From Nitrosospira multiformis ATCC 25196 (GTDB lineage Bacteria > Pseudomonadota > Gammaproteobacteria > Burkholderiales > Nitrosomonadaceae), in contig NC_007614.1 of assembly GCF_000196355.1 (NCBI RefSeq), positions 570,001 to 602,000 on the forward strand: a stretch of 32,000 nucleotides of DNA, written 5' to 3'. The translations under genes and the position numbers were made by a program. Numbering within the stretch: the first letter of the stretch is position 1; every line of letters starts with the position of its first letter. Positions 12,531 through 21,767 of the stretch are shown piece by piece. Below the pieces are notes generated by a model. The model searched no databases. It was given only the letters and a program-made list of their open reading frames with translations, and was not told the DNA's origin.

Positions 12531-12549
12531 TCTGAATGGAACCATTGAC

Positions 12550-13815
12550 ATGGACATCATCGACATCAAGACCTATATGCACTCCATCGGGCGTGAAGCC
12601 CGAGCCGCCTCGCGCTTGATTGCCAAAGCGGAAACGGCGGCCAAGAACCGGGCACTTACACAGATGGCGGTGGCTATAAAACGGGATGAGCAGCAGCTGT
12701 TGGCAGCGAATGCCCGGGACGTGGAAAATGCGAAAGAACGGGGATTGGAAGCGGCAATGATAGACCGGTTGACGCTCACGCCCAAAAGCGTGGCGAGCAT
12801 GGCCGAAGGTTTGCTGCAAATAGCAGCGCTAGCCGATCCGGTCGGTGAAATAAGCGATTTGAACTACCGTCCCTCCGGCATACAGGTGGGAAAAATGCGC
12901 GTACCGCTGGGCGTGATCGGCATCATTTATGAAGCGCGCCCCAACGTCACGGCCGATGCCGCGGGGTTGTGCCTCAAGGCGGGTAACGCAGCGATATTGC
13001 GCGGGGGATCGGAAGCCATTTACAGCAATCAGGCGATCGCGGCGTGCGTCAGGGAGGGGCTTAAGACCGCCGGTTTGCCCGAGACGGCGATACAGGTTAT
13101 CGAAACAACCGACCGGGCTGCCGTGGGTGAACTCGTCACCATGAAAGAATTCGTCGATGTCATCGTGCCCCGCGGCGGCAAGGGGTTGATCGAGCGCATC
13201 TCGAATGAAGCGCGCATCCCCGTCATCAAGCACCTGGATGGCGTATGCCATATTTATATCGACGAAGAAGCGGACCAGGAAAAGGCCATTCGTGTTGCGG
13301 ACAACGCCAAGACCCAGCGCTACGGCACCTGCAACACACTCGAAACATTGCTGGTGCATGAGAATATTGCCGGGGAAGTGCTGCCGCCGCTGTGCAGAAT
13401 CTACCTGGACAAGGGCGTGGAACTGCGCGGCGATCCGGCCTCGCAGGCGATCATTCCGGAAATGAAGGAAGCCAGGGAGGAAGACTGGTATACGGAATAT
13501 CTTGCGCCTGTCTTGAGCGTGCGGGTGGTAAGCAGTCTCGATCAGGCTATCGAGCACATTACGATTTACGGCTCCCAACACACGGATTCCATCATTACCG
13601 AGAATTACAGCAACGCGCGCCGTTTCTTGCGCGAAGTGGATTCCAGTTCTGTCATGGTGAATGCCTCCACCCGCTTCGCGGATGGATTCGAGTACGGCCT
13701 CGGCGCGGAAATTGGTATCTCCACCGATAAGCTTCATGCTCGCGGCCCGGTGGGACTGGAAGGATTGACCAGCCAGAAATTCATCGTCCTGGGTGACGGG
13801 CATATCCGGCAGTAG
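12550..13815 (+). CDS. proA: Glutamate-5-semialdehyde dehydrogenase (gamma-glutamyl phosphate reductase)
   Basis: 421 aa; [70 protein letters not shown]. Confidence 0.97.
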   Translation: MDIIDIKTYMHSIGREARAASRLIAKAETAAKNRALTQMAVAIKRDEQQLLAANARDVENAKERGLEAAMIDRLTLTPKSVASMAEGLLQIAALADPVGEISDLNYRPSGIQVGKMRVPLGVIGIIYEARPNVTADAAGLCLKAGNAAILRGGSEAIYSNQAIAACVREGLKTAGLPETAIQVIETTDRAAVGELVTMKEFVDVIVPRGGKGLIERISNEARIPVIKHLDGVCHIYIDEEADQEKAIRVADNAKTQRYGTCNTLETLLVHENIAGEVLPPLCRIYLDKGVELRGDPASQAIIPEMKEAREEDWYTEYLAPVLSVRVVSSLDQAIEHITIYGSQHTDSIITENYSNARRFLREVDSSSVMVNASTRFADGFEYGLGAEIGISTDKLHARGPVGLEGLTSQKFIVLGDGHIRQ

Positions 13816-13865
13816 GTTTCCAGGAATAAGGTTCAATTTTATTTCCTTAAACTAATAAGGTTTTC

Positions 13866-15746
13866 ATGGCTCAGCTTACCGAAATCAAAGTACCGGATAT
13901 TGGCGACTTCAAGGATGTCGCAGTGATTGAAGTGCTGGTGAAACCCGGCGATACAGTGGAAAAGGAAACATCGCTTATCACCCTGGAAACCGATAAGGCA
14001 TCCATTGAAGTTCCTTCACCCCAAAGTGGCATTGTGAAGGAACTTAAAGTCAAGGTTGGCGACAAGGTTTCGGAAGGCTCGATCATACTCATGCTGGAGG
14101 CCACAACAGCAGAAGCGGCTGCTCCTGCTAAAGCCTCTGAACCTGGTGGTGCGAGCAAGCAGGAAGAGCCGGCTGAGAAGCCCGCTGCCAACGTTGCTCC
14201 TCCATCGGAAAAAGAGGAAGAAGAGAAAACGCCGGCCTCAGTCGCTGCTCCTGCTCCTGAATCCGTAGCACCACCCGCTGCACCTTCGATTCCACAAGGT
14301 GATATTCATGCCGATATAGTGGTATTGGGTGCAGGGCCGGGTGGCTATACCGCCGCCTTTCGTGCTGCCGATCTCGGCAAGAATGTGGTCTTGATCGAGC
14401 GCTACTCCACGCTTGGCGGCGTCTGTCTCAATGTGGGCTGCATTCCCTCCAAGGCGCTGCTGCATGTGGCGAAAGTCATCACCGACGCCGAGGAAACAGC
14501 GCAACAGGGTATCGCTTTCGCTAAGCCCGGCATAGAAATAGACAAACTGCGAGGATGGAAGGAATCCATCATCGGCAAACTCACCAAGGGATTGACGGGG
14601 CTGGCGAAGCAACGCAAGGTGAAGGTAGTGCGGGGAACGGGCAGGTTCACTTCGCCGAATATGATCGAAGTGGAAACCTCCGACGGAAAAAAAACAGTGT
14701 CGTTCGAGCACTGCATCATTGCCGCGGGTTCTGCTGCCGCTCGCATTCCCGGTTTCCCCTACGATGACCCGCGGATCATCGATTCCACTGGCGCGCTCAA
14801 GCTGGAGAGCATCCCCAAGCGCATGCTGATCATCGGGGGCGGCATTATCGGTCTCGAAATGGCGACGGTCTACGATGCGCTCGGCAGCAGGATCAGTGTC
14901 GTCGAATTGATGGATCAATTGATTCCCGGCGCGGATGCCGATCTTATCCGGCCGCTGCACAAACGCATACAGAAACGCTACGAGGCCATCTACCTCAAAA
15001 CCAAAGTCACCAGAATTGAAGCGCTGCAAGAAGGATTGAGAGTCACGTTCGAAGGATCCTCGGAAGGTGGCGGCCCAGAGGGCACTGGAGCACCCGAACC
15101 GCAAGTATATGACCGGATCCTGATGGCGGTAGGACGCCGGCCAAATGGCCGCGAAATTGGGGCAGAAAAGGCAGGTATAGCTGTGAACGAGCGTGGCTTC
15201 ATCCCGGTGGATAAGCAGTTGCGGACCAACGTCTCTCACATTTTCGCCATAGGCGACATCGCGGGCGAGCCCATGCTGGCGCACAAGGCATCGCATGAAG
15301 GCAAACTGGCGGCGGAAATCATCGCCGGCGGGGAGAAGATGAAGTCAGCAGCGTTCGACGCTCGCGCCATTCCCTCGGTAGCTTACACCGATCCTGAGAT
15401 CGCCTGGATGGGCCTCACCGAAACCGAAGCCAAAAAGCAAGGTATCGAAATCGAAAAAGCGGTATTTCCGTGGGCCGTCAGCGGTCGTGCTTTGGCAATG
15501 GCGCGCGACGAGGGCATGACAAAGTTAATCCTGGACAAGAAGACGCGGCGCATTCTCGGCGCGGGCATCGTAGGCATCAATGCCGGCGAACTGATATCCG
15601 AAACCGTACTGGGATTGGAAATGGGCGCGGATATGGAAGATATCGGCCTTACCATCCATCCGCATCCGACTCTATCCGAAACAGTGTTCTTTGCCGCTGA
15701 GATCGCGGAGGGGACGATTACCGATCTTTATATGCCGAAGAAGTAG
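13866..15746 (+). CDS. lpdA: Dihydrolipoamide dehydrogenase (E3) with N-terminal lipoyl domain
   Basis: 626 aa; lipoyl motif [15 protein letters not shown], Ala/Pro/Glu-rich linker, FAD motif [20 protein letters not shown], redox disulfide [18 protein letters not shown]-terminal HPHPTLSET. Confidence 0.96.
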   Translation: MAQLTEIKVPDIGDFKDVAVIEVLVKPGDTVEKETSLITLETDKASIEVPSPQSGIVKELKVKVGDKVSEGSIILMLEATTAEAAAPAKASEPGGASKQEEPAEKPAANVAPPSEKEEEEKTPASVAAPAPESVAPPAAPSIPQGDIHADIVVLGAGPGGYTAAFRAADLGKNVVLIERYSTLGGVCLNVGCIPSKALLHVAKVITDAEETAQQGIAFAKPGIEIDKLRGWKESIIGKLTKGLTGLAKQRKVKVVRGTGRFTSPNMIEVETSDGKKTVSFEHCIIAAGSAAARIPGFPYDDPRIIDSTGALKLESIPKRMLIIGGGIIGLEMATVYDALGSRISVVELMDQLIPGADADLIRPLHKRIQKRYEAIYLKTKVTRIEALQEGLRVTFEGSSEGGGPEGTGAPEPQVYDRILMAVGRRPNGREIGAEKAGIAVNERGFIPVDKQLRTNVSHIFAIGDIAGEPMLAHKASHEGKLAAEIIAGGEKMKSAAFDARAIPSVAYTDPEIAWMGLTETEAKKQGIEIEKAVFPWAVSGRALAMARDEGMTKLILDKKTRRILGAGIVGINAGELISETVLGLEMGADMEDIGLTIHPHPTLSETVFFAAEIAEGTITDLYMPKK

Positions 15747-15758
15747 AGGATCAATGGG

Positions 15759-15798
15759 GTCGGAGCCGATTGACTTTCAGAAATCAGTCGACTCCGAC
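15759..15798. terminator. Hairpin between convergent lpdA and the Rh-type gene (possible bidirectional terminator, possibly repeat-derived)
   Basis: Left arm 15759-15773 GTCGGAGCCGATTGA, right arm 15784-15798 TCAGTCGACTCCGAC. Right arm reverse complement is GTCGGAGTCGACTGA, so 13/15 positions match; 10-nt loop. Confidence 0.6.
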
Positions 15799-15828
15799 TC
15801 CTTGATTTTGGCTCAGGCCACCGCCCTT

Positions 15829-17064
15829 TTAAGTTGAAGTCTCGCCTTCCAGCACTATGGCCTCGATTTCCGTAGCTTCCGGTCCTTCGGTGTGGGTGAA
15901 TTCCTCACTATCCTCGTAAGCCAGACGGGTTGTGCCGGTGGCCCTGATGAGCGCGCCAGCCGCGAGTCCTGCTATCAGAGCGAACACGACACTGAAGGCG
16001 ATGCCGATGAATTGGGCAACTGCTATGCCGGGCACGACCAGGACAGCAACGAATGCACCCAGCAATCCCGGCATTCCGTGCAGATTATGGACGCCACAGG
16101 TGTCGACGATCTTGAAGCGTCTCTCAAGTGCGGGTTGAATGAACACGAACCCGATGACGCTGACCGCGCCGGCAAGCAGGCCGATCGCAAAAGCACCTGT
16201 CGGCGACACGATATTGCAGGTGGAACCGATCGCTACTCCGCCGGCCAGCGCGGCATTCGCCATATCGACCATCGAGGTTTTGCCTTTATGGAAATATGTG
16301 CTCAAGAAATATGTGGTGATCGTGGCGCCGCACAGAGCGAGTACAGTGTTGACCACTGTCTGCGGCATCTGCTCGAAGGGAACGATGGCGGTGGCGAAAC
16401 TGGGCCAGAAAAGCCACAGGACCATTGAACCCAGCATTGCGAATCGATCAGAAGTCGCATCCGACTCAATCGGCTGGCTTCGTTGTCGCGCCGTGGTCAG
16501 CGCAAGGGATAACCCCAAGCCAAAATATGCACCGAACGCATGTATGATGATCGATCCCGCAGTATCCTGAAATCCCTCGGTCATACCCATTCCATTATCC
16601 AGCACCAGCCATTCGTTCAAGAGATAAGCAGGAATCAGGAGCAGCGCCAGCAGTGCGTATTGGAAAACGCGGAGACGACCGAGGACCGCGCCCATGGCGA
16701 TCAACCCGGACGCTACCGCGAATTCAGCAAAGAGCAGTGCCTGCACCGTGTTCGGAGCAATTTCGTGGGCGAATACGCCGTTTGCGCGAAGCAGAATGTA
16801 AAGCGGAAGACCGACAGCGACTACCAGATATGTTCCGGTCGTGGCTCCAAATCCATATCTTTTGACAAATACCATGAGAAAGCCGAAACCCACCAGCAAC
16901 ATGGCGAGGATATGGATTACATAATTGTATTGAGCTACCTGTCGTGCCTCGTTAAGCTGGGGCGCAGTGCCCCCCTCGCTCGCCCAGGCACTTAAATACA
17001 ACAGAAAAAAACCGGCTGTGCCACACAACGTCATGCAGAGACTTTTTTTCATTTTTCCCTCCAT
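15829..17064 (-). CDS. Rh50-type (Rhesus-family) ammonia/ammonium channel
   Basis: 411 aa. Rh-type rather than Amt-type landmarks: DTAGSIIIHAFGAYFGL and DTCGVHNLHGMPGLLGAF, both with the pore His; VGFGFLMVFVKRYGFGATTGTYLVVAVGLPLYILLR; signal peptide-like N-terminus. Confidence 0.9.
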   Translation of the reverse strand: MEGKMKKSLCMTLCGTAGFFLLYLSAWASEGGTAPQLNEARQVAQYNYVIHILAMLLVGFGFLMVFVKRYGFGATTGTYLVVAVGLPLYILLRANGVFAHEIAPNTVQALLFAEFAVASGLIAMGAVLGRLRVFQYALLALLLIPAYLLNEWLVLDNGMGMTEGFQDTAGSIIIHAFGAYFGLGLSLALTTARQRSQPIESDATSDRFAMLGSMVLWLFWPSFATAIVPFEQMPQTVVNTVLALCGATITTYFLSTYFHKGKTSMVDMANAALAGGVAIGSTCNIVSPTGAFAIGLLAGAVSVIGFVFIQPALERRFKIVDTCGVHNLHGMPGLLGAFVAVLVVPGIAVAQFIGIAFSVVFALIAGLAAGALIRATGTTRLAYEDSEEFTHTEGPEATEIEAIVLEGETST

Positions 17065-17669
17065 ATTGTTTACGGTTATCTGACTTGCCCAGGCACAGTG
17101 TGAACCTCGATAGCCTCAAGTACAATAGGGATATTTCAATAAAGTAAACGGACTTCAATTTAAAAAAGAAATACGCGGCCGGGCTTCGAAGTCTCAGCAG
17201 GAGCAGGCGGTATTGATCCTGGGATGTTCGCCGTATGGGAGGGAAAGAAGAGCAGGATTGTGTAGCGGAATTCAAGAAGGACCAGACGAAAAATTTCTGG
17301 TTTCCATACTGTGGAGAGAAACAGCAGATTGCATCTTGCTAGATAGCATACTCACGAGACTTTGAGCCAAAGGCGATGCACCTGATCTTGGATGGCGGCA
17401 AGAAGTGAAGTGCTGTTTGGGGAGTATCGGAGGGCAATGCCTCCCGCGTTTCAGATGGAGGATGGAGAATGGTATTTTCACGGCAGGGCAACGGGGTTGC
17501 GGTCTAAGATGAAGAGGGTGCGCTCAATGCACCCGTTCGCGCAGTGCGACGGCAAGGCCGTTCTTTCCGGACCACATCCTTGGACGCAACATTCCCGGCC
17601 TGCGAACTCTCACTCTTCTTCCCCCGGAACTCGGTTTCGCTGCCCGTTAAAATCCCAGGAGTCCCCTTC

Positions 17670-18296
17670 TTACAGCCTCTTTCTTGACTGATATCTGCGA
17701 TAGAGTTCAAGGACCTTGGGCACGTAATTTCTGGTCTCCTGAAACGGTGGAATCCGGTTTCCGTACTTGATGACGTTGTTTTCGCCAGCATTGTAGGCGG
17801 CCAGGGTGAGGCTCAGATTTCCGTTGAACATTCTCAGCAGCTCGGTGAGATATCTTGCGCCGCCATGGAGATTCTGCACGGGATCGAAGCGATCGATTAC
17901 GCCATATCTTTGGGCAGTTTCCGGCATGAGTTGCATCAGGCCCGCCGCACCCTTTTTTGAAACCGCCCTGGGGTTGTAGGCCGATTCGACAGTAACCACG
18001 GCGTGGAGCAGTGCGTCTTCAAGGGCGTGGGCGCGGGCGACTTCCTTGATTACCGAACCATATTGCGCCTTGAGTGATGCGACCGGATGCCCGTTATTTG
18101 AAGCGGTCCGTGATTTCCTGGAGTTGGCGCTGCTCCCGATGAATGGAACATACCGTTCATCCGCAGGGACGTTGCTGAAATGCACCACCCCATGTTCATC
18201 GGTAAACGAGTAGATGATCTCTGCAGATGCGGGCTGTGTCAATCCATAGCTCAGCAATATCGCTATGGTCAGCGGTGTCGATGATTTCAAGCTCAT
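17670..18296 (-). CDS. Lytic transglycosylase (SLT domain) with N-terminal DUF4124-like segment
   Basis: 208 aa; signal peptide, IIYSFTDEHGVVHFSNVP (DUF4124-like), VVTVESAYNPRAVSKKGAAGLMQLMPETAQRYGV, NLSLTLAAYNAGENNVIKYGNRIPPFQETRNYV. Confidence 0.94.
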   Translation of the reverse strand: MSLKSSTPLTIAILLSYGLTQPASAEIIYSFTDEHGVVHFSNVPADERYVPFIGSSANSRKSRTASNNGHPVASLKAQYGSVIKEVARAHALEDALLHAVVTVESAYNPRAVSKKGAAGLMQLMPETAQRYGVIDRFDPVQNLHGGARYLTELLRMFNGNLSLTLAAYNAGENNVIKYGNRIPPFQETRNYVPKVLELYRRYQSRKRL

Positions 18297-18381
18297 AAAG
18301 CCGGAGTCCAGGCTTTCGCCTTTTTTGTATGCCCCGAAGTGGCTGCTAGATTATACTCATGCTCATGTTAAATATTTACTT

Positions 18382-18412
18382 TTTATAAACAGGTATTTTC
18401 CCTGTTTATAAA
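18382..18412. promoter_or_regulatory. Perfect 12-bp inverted repeat upstream of the lytic transglycosylase gene
   Basis: TTTATAAACAGG - TATTTTC - CCTGTTTATAAA; 12/12 arm match with a 7-nt spacer, 86-116 bp upstream of the start codon at 18296. Confidence 0.6.
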
Positions 18413-18508
18413 TGAGAAGCGGAGAGCGACAGGGCTTGGTTCGATTGGCTTTTTGCTCTGATCTCAGTTCAGAACTTAGCGTAACACTTCTGCTACTTTC
18501 AATCGACT

Positions 18509-19288
18509 TCAACCGGATCTGACTCTATTAAAGTAGTTTGTAATCGCTACATACTGCGTAATCGATAAGTTTTCCGCTCGAAGATTAGAGTCGATTCCCA
18601 GCTTGAGATAATCCTCCCCCGTAAGATAATCGCGTAACGTGTTGCGCAGTATTTTGCGGCGCTGCGAGAAGGCGGCGGAAACGATTTCCGCAAACAATTT
18701 TTCCTGGCTCGCCTCGATTAGCGGTTTCTTGAGTGGAATCATGCGAACCACGGCCGATTGGACCTTTGGCGGCGGGTGGAAGCATTCAGGCGGAACGATG
18801 AAGAGTTGCTCCATCTCGAAGCGGCATTGCAGCATGACTGAAAGCCGTCCGTAATCCGAAGTAGAGGGTTTGGCTACCATGCGGGCGACCACTTCTTTCT
18901 GTAGCATGAAGTGCATGTCGCGGAGGTGGTCCGTGAACCGGCTCAGGTGGAAAAGGAGCGGAGTGGAAATGTTGTAGGGCAGATTGCCCACTACCCGCAG
19001 ACTTTCACCGAGGCTGGAGAAATCGAATTCGAGCGCATCCCCTTCATGTACTGTCAGCCTTTTCGCAGAAAATTCATTACGTAGCCGCTTCACGATATCC
19101 CGGTCGATCTCCACCACATGCAGATGTTCAAGTGACTGGAGCAGGGGCTGCGTCAATGCTCCCAGTCCTGGGCCGATCTCTACCATTACATCCTCCCGGC
19201 GGGGATGGAGGGCGTGAACAATGTCGGTTACGGTTTGGGAGTCAACCAGGAAATTCTGGCCGAAACGCCTGCGGGGGGTGTGCTGCAT
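18509..19288 (-). CDS. rsmA: 16S rRNA (adenine1518/1519-N6)-dimethyltransferase
   Basis: 259 aa; RRRFGQNFLVD, VEIGPGLGALTQPLL, VVGNLPYNISTPLLFHL, FSQRRKILRNTL. Confidence 0.97.
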   Translation of the reverse strand: MQHTPRRRFGQNFLVDSQTVTDIVHALHPRREDVMVEIGPGLGALTQPLLQSLEHLHVVEIDRDIVKRLRNEFSAKRLTVHEGDALEFDFSSLGESLRVVGNLPYNISTPLLFHLSRFTDHLRDMHFMLQKEVVARMVAKPSTSDYGRLSVMLQCRFEMEQLFIVPPECFHPPPKVQSAVVRMIPLKKPLIEASQEKLFAEIVSAAFSQRRKILRNTLRDYLTGEDYLKLGIDSNLRAENLSITQYVAITNYFNRVRSG

Positions 19289-19357
19289 GGTTTATGAGGG
19301 TTTGCAGGTTCGTTCATCCTTTGACAAGCTCAGGTGAACGGGATGCAGGGTTGAGAG

Positions 19358-20338
19358 TTATCGCTGATGCGCAACCAGCGATGCCGCCATTTCGATTGCC
19401 GCCACCAGGCTGCCCGGATCAGCTTTGCCTGTTCCTGCCAATTCAAGCGCGGTGCCATGATCCACGGAGGTACGGATGATGGGCAATCCCAGAGTGACGT
19501 TGACGGCAGTGCCAAAGCTCGCGTGCTTGAGCACCGGCAGCCCCTGGTCATGGTACATGGCGAATATGCAGTCGTAATCCTTCAGCTTCGATGGATTGAA
19601 AAGTGTATCGGCAGGCAGGGGGCCGATCAGACTCATCCCCCCGGCGCGCAGCTTGTCGAGCGAAGGGATGATGATATCGATTTCTTCCCTGCCCAGATGA
19701 CCCGATTCCCCTGCATGAGGATTCAGGCCCGCAACGGCAATGCGGGGCTTCGGAATACCGCAGCGAGTGACCAGATCATGCTCGATGATGCGCAGTTTCT
19801 GCTCCAAAGCATCGCTCGTAATGGCACTCGCGACGTCTTTCAGGGGGAGGTGGGTAGTCGCGAGTGCTACCCGCATCCCGCCCCCGGCGAGCATCATGAC
19901 GGGGCGGCCGTTTGTCAGTTGCGCGAGATATTCGGTGTGGCCAGTAAAAGAAATGCCGGCGTCATTGATGACGCCTTTGTGCACCGGCGCCGTTACCATT
20001 GCATCAAACTCGCCATTGACGCATCCAGCAACAGCCCGCTCGAGCGTCTTCAGCACATAGGACGCATTAGCGGCATCGGGTTTACCGGGAGTGGCAGTTT
20101 CGGCCAGAGGAATGTGCAGCACATGCAAAATCCCTTCGCCCGGCCTGTGTTCGGCGCGGGAGGAGTAGTCCGTTATTGTCAAGGGAAGCCGGAGCAAGTG
20201 CGCGCGCTCCTGCAGCAATTCCCTATCGGCAATGACAATGAGCTTGAAAGGCAAACCGAGTTGCGTGATCTGCACGCACAGGTCGGGACCGATGCCGGCG
20301 GGTTCCCCTGCGGTGAGCGCGAGCTTGGGATTATTCAA
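19358..20338 (-). CDS. pdxA: 4-hydroxythreonine-4-phosphate dehydrogenase
   Basis: 326 aa; LALTAGEPAGIGPDL, TAPVHKGVINDAGISFTGHTEYLA, AGLNPHAGESGHLGREEIDIIIP, YDCIFAMYHDQGLPVLKH. Confidence 0.97.
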   Translation of the reverse strand: MNNPKLALTAGEPAGIGPDLCVQITQLGLPFKLIVIADRELLQERAHLLRLPLTITDYSSRAEHRPGEGILHVLHIPLAETATPGKPDAANASYVLKTLERAVAGCVNGEFDAMVTAPVHKGVINDAGISFTGHTEYLAQLTNGRPVMMLAGGGMRVALATTHLPLKDVASAITSDALEQKLRIIEHDLVTRCGIPKPRIAVAGLNPHAGESGHLGREEIDIIIPSLDKLRAGGMSLIGPLPADTLFNPSKLKDYDCIFAMYHDQGLPVLKHASFGTAVNVTLGLPIIRTSVDHGTALELAGTGKADPGSLVAAIEMAASLVAHQR

Positions 20339-20374
20339 CTTCGGCCCCCGTCTCTTACAAATGTTAACAGACCC

Positions 20375-21697
20375 TTAGCCTTCTTCCAGCCGATACTCGA
20401 CATACGCCCGGTCCCGCAGGCGCTGCAACCATTCCTGGAATGCCGTCTCAGCTTTGCGGGCACGGATCGCCTGGCGTGCAGACTGGCGTTTGCGCTCCTG
20501 ACTTACGTCCTGGGTGCGGCGCTCGATGACTTGAATGAGATGCCATCCAAAGGGAGATTGGACAGGACTGCTGATTTCTCCCGGTTTGAGAGCGCTCATG
20601 GCCTGTTCAAATTCCGGCACCGTATCGCCCGGCGAGATCCAGCCGAGATCACCCCCGGTGGGGGCGCTGGCGTCTTCCGAATGAAGCTTCGCCAGTTCCT
20701 CGAACTTGCTGCCATTATCCAGGCGTTCCTTCAATTCGGTTACACGGCGGTGAGCATCGGCCTCCGAGGTGAGCTCGCTGATTTTTATCAGAATATGGCG
20801 TGCATGTGTCTGGTCTATCATAGTGGTCACCGTATCCTGGTTGCGGCGTTCGACCAGTTTGAGGATATGAAATCCATTCGGGCTCGGAATTATCCCGGTG
20901 ATTTCCCCCGGTTTCATTGGGGTCAGTATTTCGGCAAACTTTTTTGTGAGCTGGGCAGCAGGACGCCAATTGAGCAGGCCGCCTTCCATCGCATCAGGCG
21001 CATCCGAGAATTCCGCGGCTACCTGGGCAAATTCGGTTCCTGCCTTCAATTTTGCCAAGGCGCTTTCTGCCCGTTGCCGTGCCGCATCGCGTTTCAAAGG
21101 GTCGGCTCCTTCGGAGACCTGTATCAGAATATGAGCAATGCGATATTCGTCGCTCTGGCTGGGCGAATCTTCCTGCGTTTCCAGAAAATGATCGACTTCC
21201 CCTTCGGTCACGCTGACGCGGTTGCTTACCTCACGCTCTTTCAGTCTGACCAGGATGATTTCATCGCGAATCTCGTCACGGAACTTGCTGAAGCTGACCC
21301 CGTCTTCCGCCAGCGCCCTGTCGAACTCCTGCAGGGACATCTTGTTTTCCTGCGCGATACGACGCAAAGTCTGGTCGAGTTCCGCGTCGCTCACGGTCAG
21401 TCCGGTTTCATTCGCAAGTTGCAGTTGCACGCGGTTCAGGATTATTCGCTCCAGAAGCTGTTTTTCCAGCACGGCTGGCGGGGGAGGCTGTACGCCTTGC
21501 TTTTGCAATTGTTTCAGCATGGCGCCGAGCATTTCATCCAGTTCATGCCGGGTGATCACATTCTCATTCACGACCGCAACGATATGGTCGATGGTTTCCA
21601 CCCCCGAATGCGCCGGTTGCTGGGCAATGGCCATTCCGGCAAGCAGCGTTAAAAAGGGAAGGGAAAAGGGGGAACGCGACGACAATTTCGTGCCCAT
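20375..21697 (-). CDS. surA: Periplasmic chaperone / peptidyl-prolyl isomerase SurA
   Basis: 440 aa; signal peptide, DHIVAVVNENVITRHELDE, two parvulin domains (EYRIAHILIQVSEGAD... and TRHARHILIKISELTSEADA...DLGWISPGDTVPEFEQAM). Confidence 0.97.
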   Translation of the reverse strand: MGTKLSSRSPFSLPFLTLLAGMAIAQQPAHSGVETIDHIVAVVNENVITRHELDEMLGAMLKQLQKQGVQPPPPAVLEKQLLERIILNRVQLQLANETGLTVSDAELDQTLRRIAQENKMSLQEFDRALAEDGVSFSKFRDEIRDEIILVRLKEREVSNRVSVTEGEVDHFLETQEDSPSQSDEYRIAHILIQVSEGADPLKRDAARQRAESALAKLKAGTEFAQVAAEFSDAPDAMEGGLLNWRPAAQLTKKFAEILTPMKPGEITGIIPSPNGFHILKLVERRNQDTVTTMIDQTHARHILIKISELTSEADAHRRVTELKERLDNGSKFEELAKLHSEDASAPTGGDLGWISPGDTVPEFEQAMSALKPGEISSPVQSPFGWHLIQVIERRTQDVSQERKRQSARQAIRARKAETAFQEWLQRLRDRAYVEYRLEEG

Positions 21698-21767
21698 GTG
21701 AATAAGCTTCTGGAATAGGGGAGAGATAGCGTGATCGTGACGTGCGAACAGTGATAGATGCGAGGTG

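Noticed and set aside
12829-13836. 335-aa minus-strand ORF
   Set aside because: Antisense to proA; composition matches shadow translation.
14238-15296. 352-aa minus-strand ORF
   Set aside because: Antisense to lpdA, whose catalytic motifs are intact; shadow ORF.
17392-17691. 99-aa plus-strand ORF as a possible gene or transposase remnant
   Set aside because: No recognisable motif and overlaps the 3' end of the lytic transglycosylase gene; treated only as part of an unexplained gap.
19367-21652. 761-aa plus-strand ORF
   Set aside because: Lies entirely antisense to pdxA and surA, which have clear full-length homology motifs. The translation is Arg/Gln/Gly-rich with no recognisable domain; a shadow ORF from codon bias in GC-rich DNA.
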